A stretch of DNA of 64,000 nt from a virus. Taxonomy: Duplodnaviria > Heunggongvirae > Uroviricota > Caudoviricetes. The position numbers and the translations under genes are program-made. Below are positions 49,508 through 60,366 of this stretch, one piece after another (positions within the stretch are counted from its first letter, which is position 1; each line of letters begins with the position of its first letter). Location of the stretch: positions 18,407 through 82,406 of IMG/VR virus record IMGVR_UViG_3300012269_000002. One strand, given 5' to 3'. Under the pieces are notes generated by a model. That model was given only the letters and a program-made list of their open reading frames with translations. It did not search any database and was not told where the DNA came from.

Positions 49508-49539
49508 TGGTGTTGTAATAAGAAATTATTACAACACCA
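49508..49539. other. Perfect 14-bp hairpin with GAAA loop in a 500-bp non-coding gap
   Basis: TGGTGTTGTAATAA-GAAA-TTATTACAACACCA; no U-tract on either strand. Confidence 0.8.
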
Positions 49540-49816
49540 GGATATATTTAACAAAAAATAAATATATGTTTATTAAAACTTTATCTACTTTATTTTTGTT
49601 ATAACTAGTAATTCAAGTTCAATTAGTTAAATTCTATACTTACGGTACACTAACTGAATCTGAATATAACAACGGTAGTGTAGATTTATTAAAGATTATA
49701 TATATACATATATTGGTGTCGTTACAGTTGGTTATGGTAGTAACAATTTAGATTAATATTTACATTTTAAATAAATAAAGTACTTTATAAGATAATTATA
49801 ATAAAAGACAATCAAT

Positions 49817-52800
49817 ATGGCTGACAATTTGATATTAAGCCCTTGTTTTACAAGACAGGACTATAACGGTGCCAACTATTCAATAGTTGAAAACCCGAAT
49901 GGGACTGTATCTATATACGACACCGACTCAAACCCGATAACTGACCATGAAAATAAAGCATGTTGTAAGGCATTGGGATATAATTTCGATATTGATGCTC
50001 AAAAATGTTTATGGGTTAATACCAACAATGACGGTAACGATAGATTCGTAGCTGAAAATTGTGAGTTCAAGGCGTTTAAAATTGTTATAAACCCAGAAGG
50101 TAACAGTGGAACTATTCTTAACCTAGATTCAAATGAGACATGTTGTTTAAATATCTCATTTGATTACCTATTTAATTTTGAATGTGATGTATTAGAAAAT
50201 TTTATTAATAATTCATCACTTAATAGTACGAATAATAATCTAACATATATAGATATATTTGAAAATCTGGATATTAGGTTTAACCTTGAAAAGATTGACC
50301 AAAGTACTGGTAGATTAGAAACCGTATTCCAAGAAAGTATTTTTAATATTTCAGAAGGTGGTTTAAGTGATTATATAATTAATAATCAAGGTTCAACTGG
50401 TTTATTAATCGATGGTGGTTGTAATACTTTCAAACCCACTATCCAAGGTCAATTATTGGCTCAATATCAATCCAACAACGAAACAATTCCGACCAGTGTT
50501 ACCAGAACATTCAACGATTGGTTCAACACATGTTGGTTAAGGTATGAGAGGGAAATATGTAGTCCTAGTATTATTGATGATTTAACCAATGAAAATATAA
50601 ACATATCTATAACCGTTAACAACTCATACACTGATTTTTCAATTTTATTAGATAGAATTAAAATACATAAAAACGCTGAAAAAATTGTTAACGTTGAGAC
50701 CTTTATATCAGAACCACCTAAGTTCGATTTTGAAAGGGTTCCAGATAATAAAAAATCATGGTTAGCTAATAAGGTCAAGGAGAATAGGGATTTTGACCTA
50801 AAACTTAGAGCTACCGAATATGTTAGTAATGAACAAAGGTTAACAATCAATAGTAAAGAGATAGATTTAAATTTAAGTCCAGCAAGGGCTGTTGAGCAAG
50901 ATATCTGGAACTATATAGGTGATAATAATTGTATTTTAGAGGGTTGTAAACAAACTGGACCGTTTGAGCCATACTCATGTCCAGATGGATTTGAATTTGA
51001 TGGTAGTAATCTGACCGTATGTGTTATGAGTGCATTTACGAATACTATTAAGGTGGGTAACGCTTATAATGTATCTAGTTGGTATAATTTTAATAGAGTA
51101 AACCATTACGGCCTCAGAGGGACTATATTTATTGAAGAGGAAGTAACTGATATGGTTTGGCCCATATACTGGACTGGCACGCCCGAAAATACTTGGGTTG
51201 GACCTAATTATAATGCTGATTATTTAACGGATTCATCTGGCTCACCAATATCGGCTACTGGTTTTGGTACCGAATTCGGACAAGGAAATGTGATTAGGTG
51301 GGCATCACCAGAAGCATTTAGTGGTCATAGAAGTAAATTTGGTTCGTCCGAATCTACAACGGTTGGTGGGGTCTCAAACCCTAACTTACTTTGGGGTGGT
51401 ACACCAGGACTTAATAGTATGATAATGGCTGGTAGATTATTTAATTCTGCCATATGGGTGCAAGGTACTGGCATTAATAATAAATTTTTCAATAATAGGT
51501 GGTTAGGTTTATCTAAGTGTTTGGAGATTGAAACATCTATGATATATAATATTGGTTTTGCTGGTGATGACAAAGTTAGAATAAAGGTTAATGGTGAGTG
51601 GTTGATTAACCCAGATATTAGCCCAGAAAGACCTATTGGACCTAATAGTGGCTTTGATACGATTAGACCTAATAGTAGGTTCACACAAGCTTATGTTGTT
51701 GTTCCAGTTAATTTATTTCAAGGTAAAAACGTAATCGAGGTCGAAGGGTATAATAGTACTGCTGGAGCACCAGCTGGGTTCGTATGTGAAGTTTATAGTG
51801 CCAGCACAACTTATCTTAAAACATTATTAACTGAAAGCCAGTTAGATGAGGTTACGATATTTAGTACTAAGGACTATATTGGTCAGGAATTTAATGTTGT
51901 TGGTAGTGAGGGTTATTTTTGTCCAACTGGTTATGCCTTGGACACATGTTTACCAGAACCTTATCAATGTCTAGAAATAAATAGGGTTAATAGTATTAAA
52001 AAAGAAAGAGAGATATGTTGTTGTGCTGGTGACCCACTTGTAATAACCAGTTATAATGGAATTACAACACAATTATCTATTGACACATTACCTGGGGCAA
52101 TTTTAGATTGTCAAGACATATTAGACACCTATGATTCTGTAAATGCGATTGATATTATAAAAAGTGAATGTCGATTAATTTATAAAATAGGTGATAAAAC
52201 CAAAACAACTTTTAAAGGTTATTATTTAACAGAAGAAAATGACGGTAGGGTAGGTGTTTATGATGTTAATTGGTTATCGGGTGTAACTGAAACATACACA
52301 AGTTTAAACGATTTAGTTGATTCTGAATGTTGTGAAGTTATCTCATCAATATTTTTATCAGACGTTCAAAATAACCTACAAGGTGTTGACATATATCCAA
52401 AGGTATCCTGGGATACTAATTTAAAAAGTTGTGTATATGGTAAGTTCGGTGATGATGGTTGTATTAATATTGATAATTTATTAACAACAGAAGTTTTTGA
52501 AATAGATACTATAGGTGAATTTGGTCGAACATTATCATCTGAATTAATCGATGTTAAGAACAGACAAACAATTTCGACATATCCGACCCTTAGGATGTTA
52601 TATGATAGATATAATTTTCACGCATTAGATTATTGTGATGTTGATAGTTCAAAATTAGATTATTTCGATATGGATAAGTTCGGAAATACGGTTGGTGACT
52701 ATTGGGTCGATTTAATGGAACAAGTAATACCAGCAACAACTATTTGGAATTCAACATATGAATATAGAAACACTATATTCGACCAACAAAAGTTCCAATA

Positions 52801-53065
52801 TAGAAAATCGCTAGTATTTAATTGTACAGACCCAAGTGGTAATTACCCTTTTGAAAGTGTGGCCAATGACAATTCAGTAGATGTTATCCTAGAAACGTTA
52901 CCAAAAACATCGACAACGGTTTCTAGTGTTGAAGAATGTACTGGTGTTTGGGCAATGCAATATAATGTGGGTTCTGAATTTTTAGGTACAGTAAGCATTA
53001 TCGGGGTAAACGCAAATGGTGGTTCAAACGGTAATGTAATAAACGAAATAAGCCCGTTTGACTAA
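49817..53065 (+). CDS. Cys-rich structural/fibre protein with putative PA14-like carbohydrate-binding domain
   Basis: Many Cys pairs; YNIGFAGDDKVRIKVNGEW...VPVNLFQGKNVIEVEGYN. Confidence 0.55.
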   Translation: MADNLILSPCFTRQDYNGANYSIVENPNGTVSIYDTDSNPITDHENKACCKALGYNFDIDAQKCLWVNTNNDGNDRFVAENCEFKAFKIVINPEGNSGTILNLDSNETCCLNISFDYLFNFECDVLENFINNSSLNSTNNNLTYIDIFENLDIRFNLEKIDQSTGRLETVFQESIFNISEGGLSDYIINNQGSTGLLIDGGCNTFKPTIQGQLLAQYQSNNETIPTSVTRTFNDWFNTCWLRYEREICSPSIIDDLTNENINISITVNNSYTDFSILLDRIKIHKNAEKIVNVETFISEPPKFDFERVPDNKKSWLANKVKENRDFDLKLRATEYVSNEQRLTINSKEIDLNLSPARAVEQDIWNYIGDNNCILEGCKQTGPFEPYSCPDGFEFDGSNLTVCVMSAFTNTIKVGNAYNVSSWYNFNRVNHYGLRGTIFIEEEVTDMVWPIYWTGTPENTWVGPNYNADYLTDSSGSPISATGFGTEFGQGNVIRWASPEAFSGHRSKFGSSESTTVGGVSNPNLLWGGTPGLNSMIMAGRLFNSAIWVQGTGINNKFFNNRWLGLSKCLEIETSMIYNIGFAGDDKVRIKVNGEWLINPDISPERPIGPNSGFDTIRPNSRFTQAYVVVPVNLFQGKNVIEVEGYNSTAGAPAGFVCEVYSASTTYLKTLLTESQLDEVTIFSTKDYIGQEFNVVGSEGYFCPTGYALDTCLPEPYQCLEINRVNSIKKEREICCCAGDPLVITSYNGITTQLSIDTLPGAILDCQDILDTYDSVNAIDIIKSECRLIYKIGDKTKTTFKGYYLTEENDGRVGVYDVNWLSGVTETYTSLNDLVDSECCEVISSIFLSDVQNNLQGVDIYPKVSWDTNLKSCVYGKFGDDGCINIDNLLTTEVFEIDTIGEFGRTLSSELIDVKNRQTISTYPTLRMLYDRYNFHALDYCDVDSSKLDYFDMDKFGNTVGDYWVDLMEQVIPATTIWNSTYEYRNTIFDQQKFQYRKSLVFNCTDPSGNYPFESVANDNSVDVILETLPKTSTTVSSVEECTGVWAMQYNVGSEFLGTVSIIGVNANGGSNGNVINEISPFD

Positions 53066-53089
53066 TAATAAAATAAAAAATATATAACT

Positions 53090-53332
53090 ATGCCATTATT
53101 AATTAAAAATGTAACAGGAACGGTCTTAGATAACCTATCGACCAATATAAACAAACTTAGTTTCGTTGAAGGTAGTTTTGGTTATAGTGAATGGTTTAAA
53201 ATTGGTAATTTAGAGGTTTTCTTACAAAATTTTAAAAATGTCGATAGAAGTGAACCACTTATAACACCTAATAAATTTGGTTTAGTGGTTAATAATAATA
53301 AAACCTTTGTAGAGTTAGAAATTTCATATTAA
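53090..53332 (+). CDS. Small hypothetical protein
   Basis: 80-aa ORF with TAATG overlap into the next gene. Confidence 0.6.
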   Translation: MPLLIKNVTGTVLDNLSTNINKLSFVEGSFGYSEWFKIGNLEVFLQNFKNVDRSEPLITPNKFGLVVNNNKTFVELEISY

Positions 53333-55227
53333 TGAGTTATCAGGATAAAATATATAATCAAAATGTTAAGGGTATTAAAAATAGTACCGCCCCAGTTATA
53401 AAAACGAGTTCGGATATTTGTGTTTTCAGTAGCCCATTATTTACCATGGTGGGTGGTGATAAAATACAATGTTCCGATGTTACGTTTGATGTTAGTGGTA
53501 CTTCATTTGGTGATATATATTCCGCAACTACGGAGTGTTTTATTATAAATAATTTAGATATAGCTTGCTTTAACGATATTAATTGGAATACAAATATATA
53601 TGAGGATGATAACTTAGTTTATTCTTCCATATTCTACACTTCCAATTCAATATTTGGTGATGAACCTACATTAATCGACTTTACTTTAGGCGTTACCACT
53701 GCTTTCAATATTTTAGGGTATGATTATGAAGTAGATGGTAGTACATACAACGTTAATCAAATACGTGGTATCGGTAACCTCAAAATAGATATTGAGACAA
53801 ATTTAAACTATAGTGAATCGTGTCCGTTAACTGGTGCATCGTCTGGTAATACATTTACGGGTACGTGTGAAGATATTAATTCAAATATTGTAGATATTAA
53901 CTATAATAATTTAGTGCCGAGTGATAATAATGTATTTCCAATTACTGGGCAGACCAGTATAGCGTTGGAGTTTATATTTACTGGTAATACGGGTTCATTC
54001 GAGAACATGGATACGGATACTAAATTTAAGTTTGAGATATACGAATTTAATGAAGTTTTAGGAATCTTTAATGAAACTCCAAAATTTACATCACCACTTA
54101 AAGATTGGGCAACAATAAGTGGGACTAGTGCATTTACCGAAACAATCAGTGTCGATAATTTAAATATCGATGGCAACTATTTAGTAAAGGGTTATTACGT
54201 TTTTAATAAATGTACCGAATTTGCTAATTTATTGGGTCAAAAATACACAACGGAGATTAATAAATTGGGTGATGAATATAGGTTATATAACGCTAATAAA
54301 GATTTTTATTTCGTAGTGTTCAATAATGCAGATGTTCCATTAGTAGAAAGTGGGGATAATAACGAGGAAAACGTATTTGGCGTATTAAAGGTTATAAGTC
54401 AAATATTACCAGGTGGAACCGACCAGTTTTCATACCCAGTACAATCTGGTGATTTAATTGTTAATCTAAACGGACTTACTCTAGGTAAAGGACTAGACTA
54501 TTCAATAGAACCGATTAGTGAAGGTGGTCGAACAGTTTTAAAATTAAGTGGTGACACATATGACGGTGATGTACTCACCTATATCTATACAAGCTCGGAT
54601 GAATCTAAAAATAATATTAAACAAGATGTTATTGATGTAGTTACCACTATTACAAATGGGTCAACCAACAATCAGGGTGATAATAAAGTATTCTTCAACA
54701 CAACAAAAAATAAATACGAATTATACATGGAAATGACTCCAGTATCTAATAATGACGTTGTAGTTACTATAAATGGTATGGCATTGGCCAATAATATTGA
54801 TTATTATCTTTCATCATCAAATCCTAAAAGAATTATTCTTGAAGGGGATATAATAATTGGGGATATTATTAATATTTGGTATAATACCAATATTAAAGCA
54901 CAAGGTAATATATTTTCGGATACCGTTATAATCGATTGGTCAATAATAAATCCACCAAAGTTAAACGATAGGGGTAAATTTACACTTGAATTAAGTAGTG
55001 ATTTGGATTTTACAAATATAATAAACTCAATAGAGGTACCTTATATTCAAAATATCATAACATATTCAACGATACTAGGTTTAGTCGGTAGTGCTGGCGA
55101 TAAAGTTTATTACAGGGTCAAGAATGAAAAAAAATTCATAGATATTTGCGGTGGTCCCATTATTAGTACTTCATTTAGTGAAATAGTGGATATAACAATA
55201 CAAACAAATTCAATAAATTCATACTAA
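53332..55227 (+). CDS. Probable structural protein with repeated beta-sandwich units
   Basis: Repeats IVNLNGLTL...DY and VVTINGMAL...DY. Confidence 0.6.
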   Translation: MSYQDKIYNQNVKGIKNSTAPVIKTSSDICVFSSPLFTMVGGDKIQCSDVTFDVSGTSFGDIYSATTECFIINNLDIACFNDINWNTNIYEDDNLVYSSIFYTSNSIFGDEPTLIDFTLGVTTAFNILGYDYEVDGSTYNVNQIRGIGNLKIDIETNLNYSESCPLTGASSGNTFTGTCEDINSNIVDINYNNLVPSDNNVFPITGQTSIALEFIFTGNTGSFENMDTDTKFKFEIYEFNEVLGIFNETPKFTSPLKDWATISGTSAFTETISVDNLNIDGNYLVKGYYVFNKCTEFANLLGQKYTTEINKLGDEYRLYNANKDFYFVVFNNADVPLVESGDNNEENVFGVLKVISQILPGGTDQFSYPVQSGDLIVNLNGLTLGKGLDYSIEPISEGGRTVLKLSGDTYDGDVLTYIYTSSDESKNNIKQDVIDVVTTITNGSTNNQGDNKVFFNTTKNKYELYMEMTPVSNNDVVVTINGMALANNIDYYLSSSNPKRIILEGDIIIGDIINIWYNTNIKAQGNIFSDTVIIDWSIINPPKLNDRGKFTLELSSDLDFTNIINSIEVPYIQNIITYSTILGLVGSAGDKVYYRVKNEKKFIDICGGPIISTSFSEIVDITIQTNSINSY

Positions 55228-55280
55228 TAATTTACTTTTGAGTATTTATTAGTAAATAAGATTAAACTAAGTTATAATAT

Positions 55281-57446
55281 ATGAGTTATATAATAAATAA
55301 TACAAGTGCTTTTGTTAATATAAAATTAACTGAAATTGGTAGACAAAAAATAGCACAAGGTCAATTGACCTTTAATTCTTGGGCTATAGGTGATTCTGAA
55401 ATAAATTATGACAGAGAGGTAAACCATGATAATTTCCCAATGGACGTAAGTTTATCGGGTTCAAGTAAGGTTTTACGCCCGTTTGATAATCAACCTAATC
55501 TTAAATACTTCATAACTTCACAAAATACTAGTGAAGGTGGATTAAATGTTTTAAATACTTCACAAATCAATACAATAAAAGCTATTGTTAACAATAAAGC
55601 CGAAGATAGAGGTTTCTTTGAAAAAGTGGGGTCTGATTATGTAACGTATAGTGGTGACACTTACATAAAGGGGGGCGGTATTATACCTGGACCCAATATG
55701 GACGGTTCAAATATCTTGGTTATTGGCACTGGTTACACGGTTGGTGATGTAATATTGGTTAAGGTATCCAATGACACCGTTGGTACACTACCTTTAAATC
55801 AAAATACAACACCAGTACCAAACCTATGGTATAAAATACAATCATTAACGACCACAAACGATGTTAATGATACGGCAATTTTAGATAGGAATCTACCAAA
55901 CACTAATTCTAGTATTTCCGACTCACAATTTATAGTTTATACTGGTGGTGAAGTTTATGGTAATTTCGGTTTTGAGGAAACCACACCATACTGGAACAGT
56001 AATACATTATCATTTGCTGGGTCAAGTGAAATATCATCTGGTGATGTTGCAGTTTGGAATATGAATAATGTGTGGTGCGAAAACTTAGTAGGTATGACAG
56101 GTACTAGTGTTAATAATTCGGTATCAACACCTAATGAGAATTTTAGTAAATTTGGTTCTAATGGTTTTTTAGGTCAAAAGTATCCATATTTAGGATATTC
56201 ATGTAATGAAAATAGTGGGGCTAATAGTGGTGTATTAGATGAATGTAATTCACTTGGACAGTCGGTAAAAGATAGGACTAAAAAATCAATATCAATATTA
56301 CATTACACAAATAACACTATATCCAACTTTTATGGTGAGTATCTATTCATTGACGGTGATAAAAATAAAAATTTAATATTACGTCTTCCAGATATTATGT
56401 ATCATAGAAGAGATTTTACAAGTGAAAATGGTACATTAATGGGAATGGATTTTATAGCTAGTGGGGATACTAAATTTATAGATAATTCAGATATCAAATA
56501 TATTGAATTAGTTGAATATGGAACTTTGGTTAGTGGAACCCCTAGAGTTGTAGGTAAAGTATTCCCACAATTAAAGACCGTTATTTTCGATGATGATGAA
56601 ATTATTGCGGCAATGTCCTATAAATCAAATAGAAATTGGACATTACCATCATTAAGTGCCAACCTAATAACCTCAAATTTGGGGTCTGGTTCAGGTGTTT
56701 TAGCTGCTAAAAAAACAATGTATATTACATATAGTTTCGAGAACTCCACAACCAACGGTTTAGGTACGACACTACCATGTCAATCATACGCTAAAATATA
56801 CAACTCAACGTCTAGTAGTAAAGATGTTCAATTTAAATTGAACGATATCGATTTGCTACCTTACATGAGAAAAGAAGAAAAAGTTGGGTATGATGGTCTT
56901 GGTTTCTCAGCAAGGGAGTTCAAGGTATTATATCAAATAGTTGATGATGTAACGGATAGACCAAAATCAGATGCTTGGAAAGTTTACGATTACACCAATA
57001 CAAATATAACCGATGCGGTCGGTGAAACTATAGACCCAATTAAATTAGAAAATCAAAACCCAACGGTAAACGGATTCTTAATTGATAGTGTGGTTGATAC
57101 TTCAGCCACTATATTCAGCATTATGACATCTTTAAACATGCCAGCGAATACAACACCAGAAGTTTTACAATTTGGTGATGAACGATTTTTCTACGGTAAT
57201 TTGGAAACATATATTGGTGCAACGATTTATAAATCTATATTCAATATAGATATTTCTGCCGATGACTTTAAAACCACTGGTAACCCAAGTAGGTCCAATG
57301 CTGCGGTTAATCCACCAGATATTAGAGTTACCGAAGTAGGTATATATGATAATACTGGTGATTTAGTTATGATTGGTAAATTAAGTAAACCAGTAAAATT
57401 AACATCTGGAAATACTATCATGGTTGAGTTAAGTATCGACTTTTAA
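55281..57446 (+). CDS. Baseplate/fibre-attachment protein (gpH N-terminal-like)
   Basis: IKLTEIGRQKIAQG...WAIGDSEINY; C-terminal VTEVGIYDNTGDLVMIGKLSKPV. Confidence 0.65.
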   Translation: MSYIINNTSAFVNIKLTEIGRQKIAQGQLTFNSWAIGDSEINYDREVNHDNFPMDVSLSGSSKVLRPFDNQPNLKYFITSQNTSEGGLNVLNTSQINTIKAIVNNKAEDRGFFEKVGSDYVTYSGDTYIKGGGIIPGPNMDGSNILVIGTGYTVGDVILVKVSNDTVGTLPLNQNTTPVPNLWYKIQSLTTTNDVNDTAILDRNLPNTNSSISDSQFIVYTGGEVYGNFGFEETTPYWNSNTLSFAGSSEISSGDVAVWNMNNVWCENLVGMTGTSVNNSVSTPNENFSKFGSNGFLGQKYPYLGYSCNENSGANSGVLDECNSLGQSVKDRTKKSISILHYTNNTISNFYGEYLFIDGDKNKNLILRLPDIMYHRRDFTSENGTLMGMDFIASGDTKFIDNSDIKYIELVEYGTLVSGTPRVVGKVFPQLKTVIFDDDEIIAAMSYKSNRNWTLPSLSANLITSNLGSGSGVLAAKKTMYITYSFENSTTNGLGTTLPCQSYAKIYNSTSSSKDVQFKLNDIDLLPYMRKEEKVGYDGLGFSAREFKVLYQIVDDVTDRPKSDAWKVYDYTNTNITDAVGETIDPIKLENQNPTVNGFLIDSVVDTSATIFSIMTSLNMPANTTPEVLQFGDERFFYGNLETYIGATIYKSIFNIDISADDFKTTGNPSRSNAAVNPPDIRVTEVGIYDNTGDLVMIGKLSKPVKLTSGNTIMVELSIDF

Positions 57447-57498
57447 TAGTATATAAGAATAATATAAATAATGATTGAACTAAGAATATACTTTTAAT

Positions 57499-58701
57499 AT
57501 GGGATTTTTAAATAACACACCTTCGATAGAATTAAAAGCCAAACTTACCCCAAAAGGTAGAATAGGTTTAATAACAAATGATAATAATCTTATCACCTCA
57601 TTTAGTTTGGGGGATTCGGATAGTTATTATTCTGTTTTTTCTGGCCTAACTGGTGGACAAGTTCCACAGATATCTGGTAACTATTATGGTGCCGACACCA
57701 ATAATGGTGGAATCGATTACGTATTAAAAAGTGTACTAAAGTTTAATTCGACTACACTTAGAAAACCAATTGAAACGCAATCAATAAATGTTTCTTCATT
57801 CCCTCAATCACTTGGGTATAACGATTTATATTTTTCCGCTGGAACTTTTTCACAACAAATTGTGGATTTAAAAGACCTAAATAGTGATTCATTAGTTAAT
57901 TTATTCTATTCATTTAACTTACCGATAAGTGATTCTGATTTTATGAGATTTACTGGTACTACATTCCAAAATGGTGGATTTTCAAATACCGCATTAGGTG
58001 GACTAGCTACCGATAAGATATTGGTAATAGGTATCGATGGTAGTGAGTATAGTGAATTAATCGATGGTAAAAGTATTAAGTTATCGTTGGAGACCAGTAT
58101 TCAACCATATGAAGTTTATTCAACTTACGAAAGAAAAGGTATCTCATTAACCAACGAAGATTCAGCTGTAACCGATTCATCGACCAATGTTGCCAATTTT
58201 GGACCTAACAGGGTTTTATTATTCAGTGATGATGTAAAAAGACCTAACGGTAACCCATTATTAAGTTGGGCCACTGGATATGCACAAAATAAACCATTTA
58301 GTGTTAACGGTAAACAATTATTTAATTATAGGGGTAACGTCAACACGAGCACAACCCCAGATGAGGCAATAGGTATCGCATATTTGGATAAGGGCTTTAT
58401 TGTTATTACCCACCCAGACATTGTAGATAACTTCGTATTAACTGGGTCAACCTCTAGTGCAACTACAATTAGTTTCAATACTATTAGAAACAGAGTATCA
58501 CAATCAATTACCTGTATTGCCAATAGGGGTGAATTCGGTGTATCGACAAACCCTACCTGGGCTACTTCGGATGTACCTAGAATTACCGAGATAGGTCTTT
58601 ACGATTCCAACAATACTTTAATTGCCATTGGTAAATTAAATCGAACATATGATAAGCCTGTGGATGATTTTGTTGCTTTTAATATAACTATTGATTATTA
58701 A
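57499..58701 (+). CDS. Paralog of preceding baseplate/fibre-attachment protein
   Basis: AKLTPKGR...FSLGDSD; C-terminal ITEIGLYDSNNTLIAIGKL. Confidence 0.65.
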   Translation: MGFLNNTPSIELKAKLTPKGRIGLITNDNNLITSFSLGDSDSYYSVFSGLTGGQVPQISGNYYGADTNNGGIDYVLKSVLKFNSTTLRKPIETQSINVSSFPQSLGYNDLYFSAGTFSQQIVDLKDLNSDSLVNLFYSFNLPISDSDFMRFTGTTFQNGGFSNTALGGLATDKILVIGIDGSEYSELIDGKSIKLSLETSIQPYEVYSTYERKGISLTNEDSAVTDSSTNVANFGPNRVLLFSDDVKRPNGNPLLSWATGYAQNKPFSVNGKQLFNYRGNVNTSTTPDEAIGIAYLDKGFIVITHPDIVDNFVLTGSTSSATTISFNTIRNRVSQSITCIANRGEFGVSTNPTWATSDVPRITEIGLYDSNNTLIAIGKLNRTYDKPVDDFVAFNITIDY

Positions 58702-58755
58702 TCCTTTACTATTTATAAAAATTGTTTTATTATTATATTAAATTATAAATAAGCT

Positions 58756-59406
58756 ATGGAAGATAATAAAAATAACCTAATATTAGGCCTGGATGTTTCA
58801 ACAAAAACGATTGGAATTGCTTTGTTCGAGGATTTAGGTAAGAGTGGTAAATTAAAATTACTTCACCATGTTACACCTAACGTAAAACCAAAACCAGAGA
58901 GTAATATTCAAATGTTATTTGAAAAGGCTAGAATATTCGATGAAGAATTTTTAAATAAATATAGTAATGTAGGTATAACTAAAGTTATAATCGAAGAGCC
59001 TCTTTTACGTTCAAATAACGTAAACACCGTAGCAACCTTACTTAGATTCAATGGTATGATTGCCAGGGCAATATATGATACACTTGATATTGTTCCAGAA
59101 TTTATTTCATCTTACGATGCTAGAAAATTCGGTATACCCGAATTAATGGGCATTAGAAAATTTAATAAAAAGGGTGAACCATATAGTGAAAAAGAAATCT
59201 CCAAGAAAGAACCAGTATTATTTGGCGGTTATGATTGGGAAGTCGATAAAAAAATGGTCGTTTGGGAAAAAGTTGCGGATTTAGAACCACAAATCACTTG
59301 GTTACATACAAGAACAAAAACCTTAAAAAAGGAAAATTTTGACATGAGTGATGCTTATATCACAGTTATAGGCTATATGAATAAAATTGGTGTGTGGGTT
59401 AAATAA
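58756..59406 (+). CDS. RuvC-like Holliday junction resolvase
   Basis: ILGLDVST..IG, VIIEEP, C-terminal DMSDAY (RNase H-fold acidic residues). Confidence 0.8.
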   Translation: MEDNKNNLILGLDVSTKTIGIALFEDLGKSGKLKLLHHVTPNVKPKPESNIQMLFEKARIFDEEFLNKYSNVGITKVIIEEPLLRSNNVNTVATLLRFNGMIARAIYDTLDIVPEFISSYDARKFGIPELMGIRKFNKKGEPYSEKEISKKEPVLFGGYDWEVDKKMVVWEKVADLEPQITWLHTRTKTLKKENFDMSDAYITVIGYMNKIGVWVK

Positions 59407-59480
59407 TAACACACATATATAAATCTTTTCTCACCTAAATCGGTATTTTACCCACTTTCTATATATTTATAAATAAAGTT

Positions 59481-60266
59481 ATGGGGGATAAAATAGTTAG
59501 AAAGTTATCTAAAACACCATTATGTGGTGTGTATCAGATAGAAAACACAATTAATAATAAAAAATATATTGGCCAATCAATTGATATAGAGAGGCGATGG
59601 AATCAACATCGTTATGGTAAAGGTAGTATTATATTAAGAAATGCTATAAATAAACACGGTATTAATAATTTTGAGTTTACAATTCTAGAGTCTATACCAA
59701 TTGGTAATAGAGATAAAATGATTGATGAACTAACCTTAATTGAAGAAAAATGGTTATCTAAGGAGAAACCTTTTCTAAGAGAAAATGGTTATAATATAAA
59801 TAAAAGCGCAAAAGTGAATATACCAATTGAAAGACCTGAAGGTTATGGTGAAATGATTAGTAAAATAAAAATTGATAATAATCATTGTGGTAAAGCTACA
59901 GTTCAATACGATTTAGAAGGTAATTTAATTAAAGTGTGGAAATCCGCTGCACAAATAGAAAGAGTATTAGGGTTTAAGGCTGAAAATATTTCAGCATGTT
60001 GTTTAAGAAAAAACAAAAGTTCTAAAGGGTTTATCTGGAGGTTTAAATGGGATTTGGTATCCAAATATGATATTATAAATTTAAAAATTAAAAAAGGTGC
60101 ATCTAAAACAATAGAACAGAAAACGTTAGATGGTAAAGTTATTAGAGTTTTTGATTCACTAACCGCAGCTTCTAATTTCACCAACATACATTATACATAT
60201 ATTAGTAAAGTTTGTACTAAAAAACAAAAAACGGCTGGCGGTTTTAAATGGTCCTACCATGAGTGA
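59481..60266 (+). CDS. GIY-YIG homing endonuclease with NUMOD1-type repeats
   Basis: GVYQI.N..NNKKYIGQS..I.RRW.QH...F.FTILE...E..W...GYN; two QYDL.G..IK.W/F.S...A units. Confidence 0.9.
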   Translation: MGDKIVRKLSKTPLCGVYQIENTINNKKYIGQSIDIERRWNQHRYGKGSIILRNAINKHGINNFEFTILESIPIGNRDKMIDELTLIEEKWLSKEKPFLRENGYNINKSAKVNIPIERPEGYGEMISKIKIDNNHCGKATVQYDLEGNLIKVWKSAAQIERVLGFKAENISACCLRKNKSSKGFIWRFKWDLVSKYDIINLKIKKGASKTIEQKTLDGKVIRVFDSLTAASNFTNIHYTYISKVCTKKQKTAGGFKWSYHE

Positions 60267-60324
60267 TAGTTACTTATGTGTTATTGGTTATATACAAAAA
60301 AATGGTTATTGGCCTATAAACTAA
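60259..60324 (+). pseudogene. Relic 3' end of the ruvC-like gene
   Basis: MSDSYLCVIGYIQKNGYWPIN* vs resolvase C-terminus MSDAYITVIGYMNKIGVWVK* (11/20 identical); CATGAGTGAT shared exactly. Confidence 0.75.
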
Positions 60325-60331
60325 GTTCCTA

Positions 60332-60362
60332 TTGCAAATATGGATTAATTTTCATATATTTG
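60332..60362 (+). promoter_or_regulatory. Bacteroidota-type promoter in front of the primase relic
   Basis: TTG 60332-34, 20 nt, TATATTTG 60355-62. Confidence 0.7.
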
Positions 60363-60366
60363 CAAT

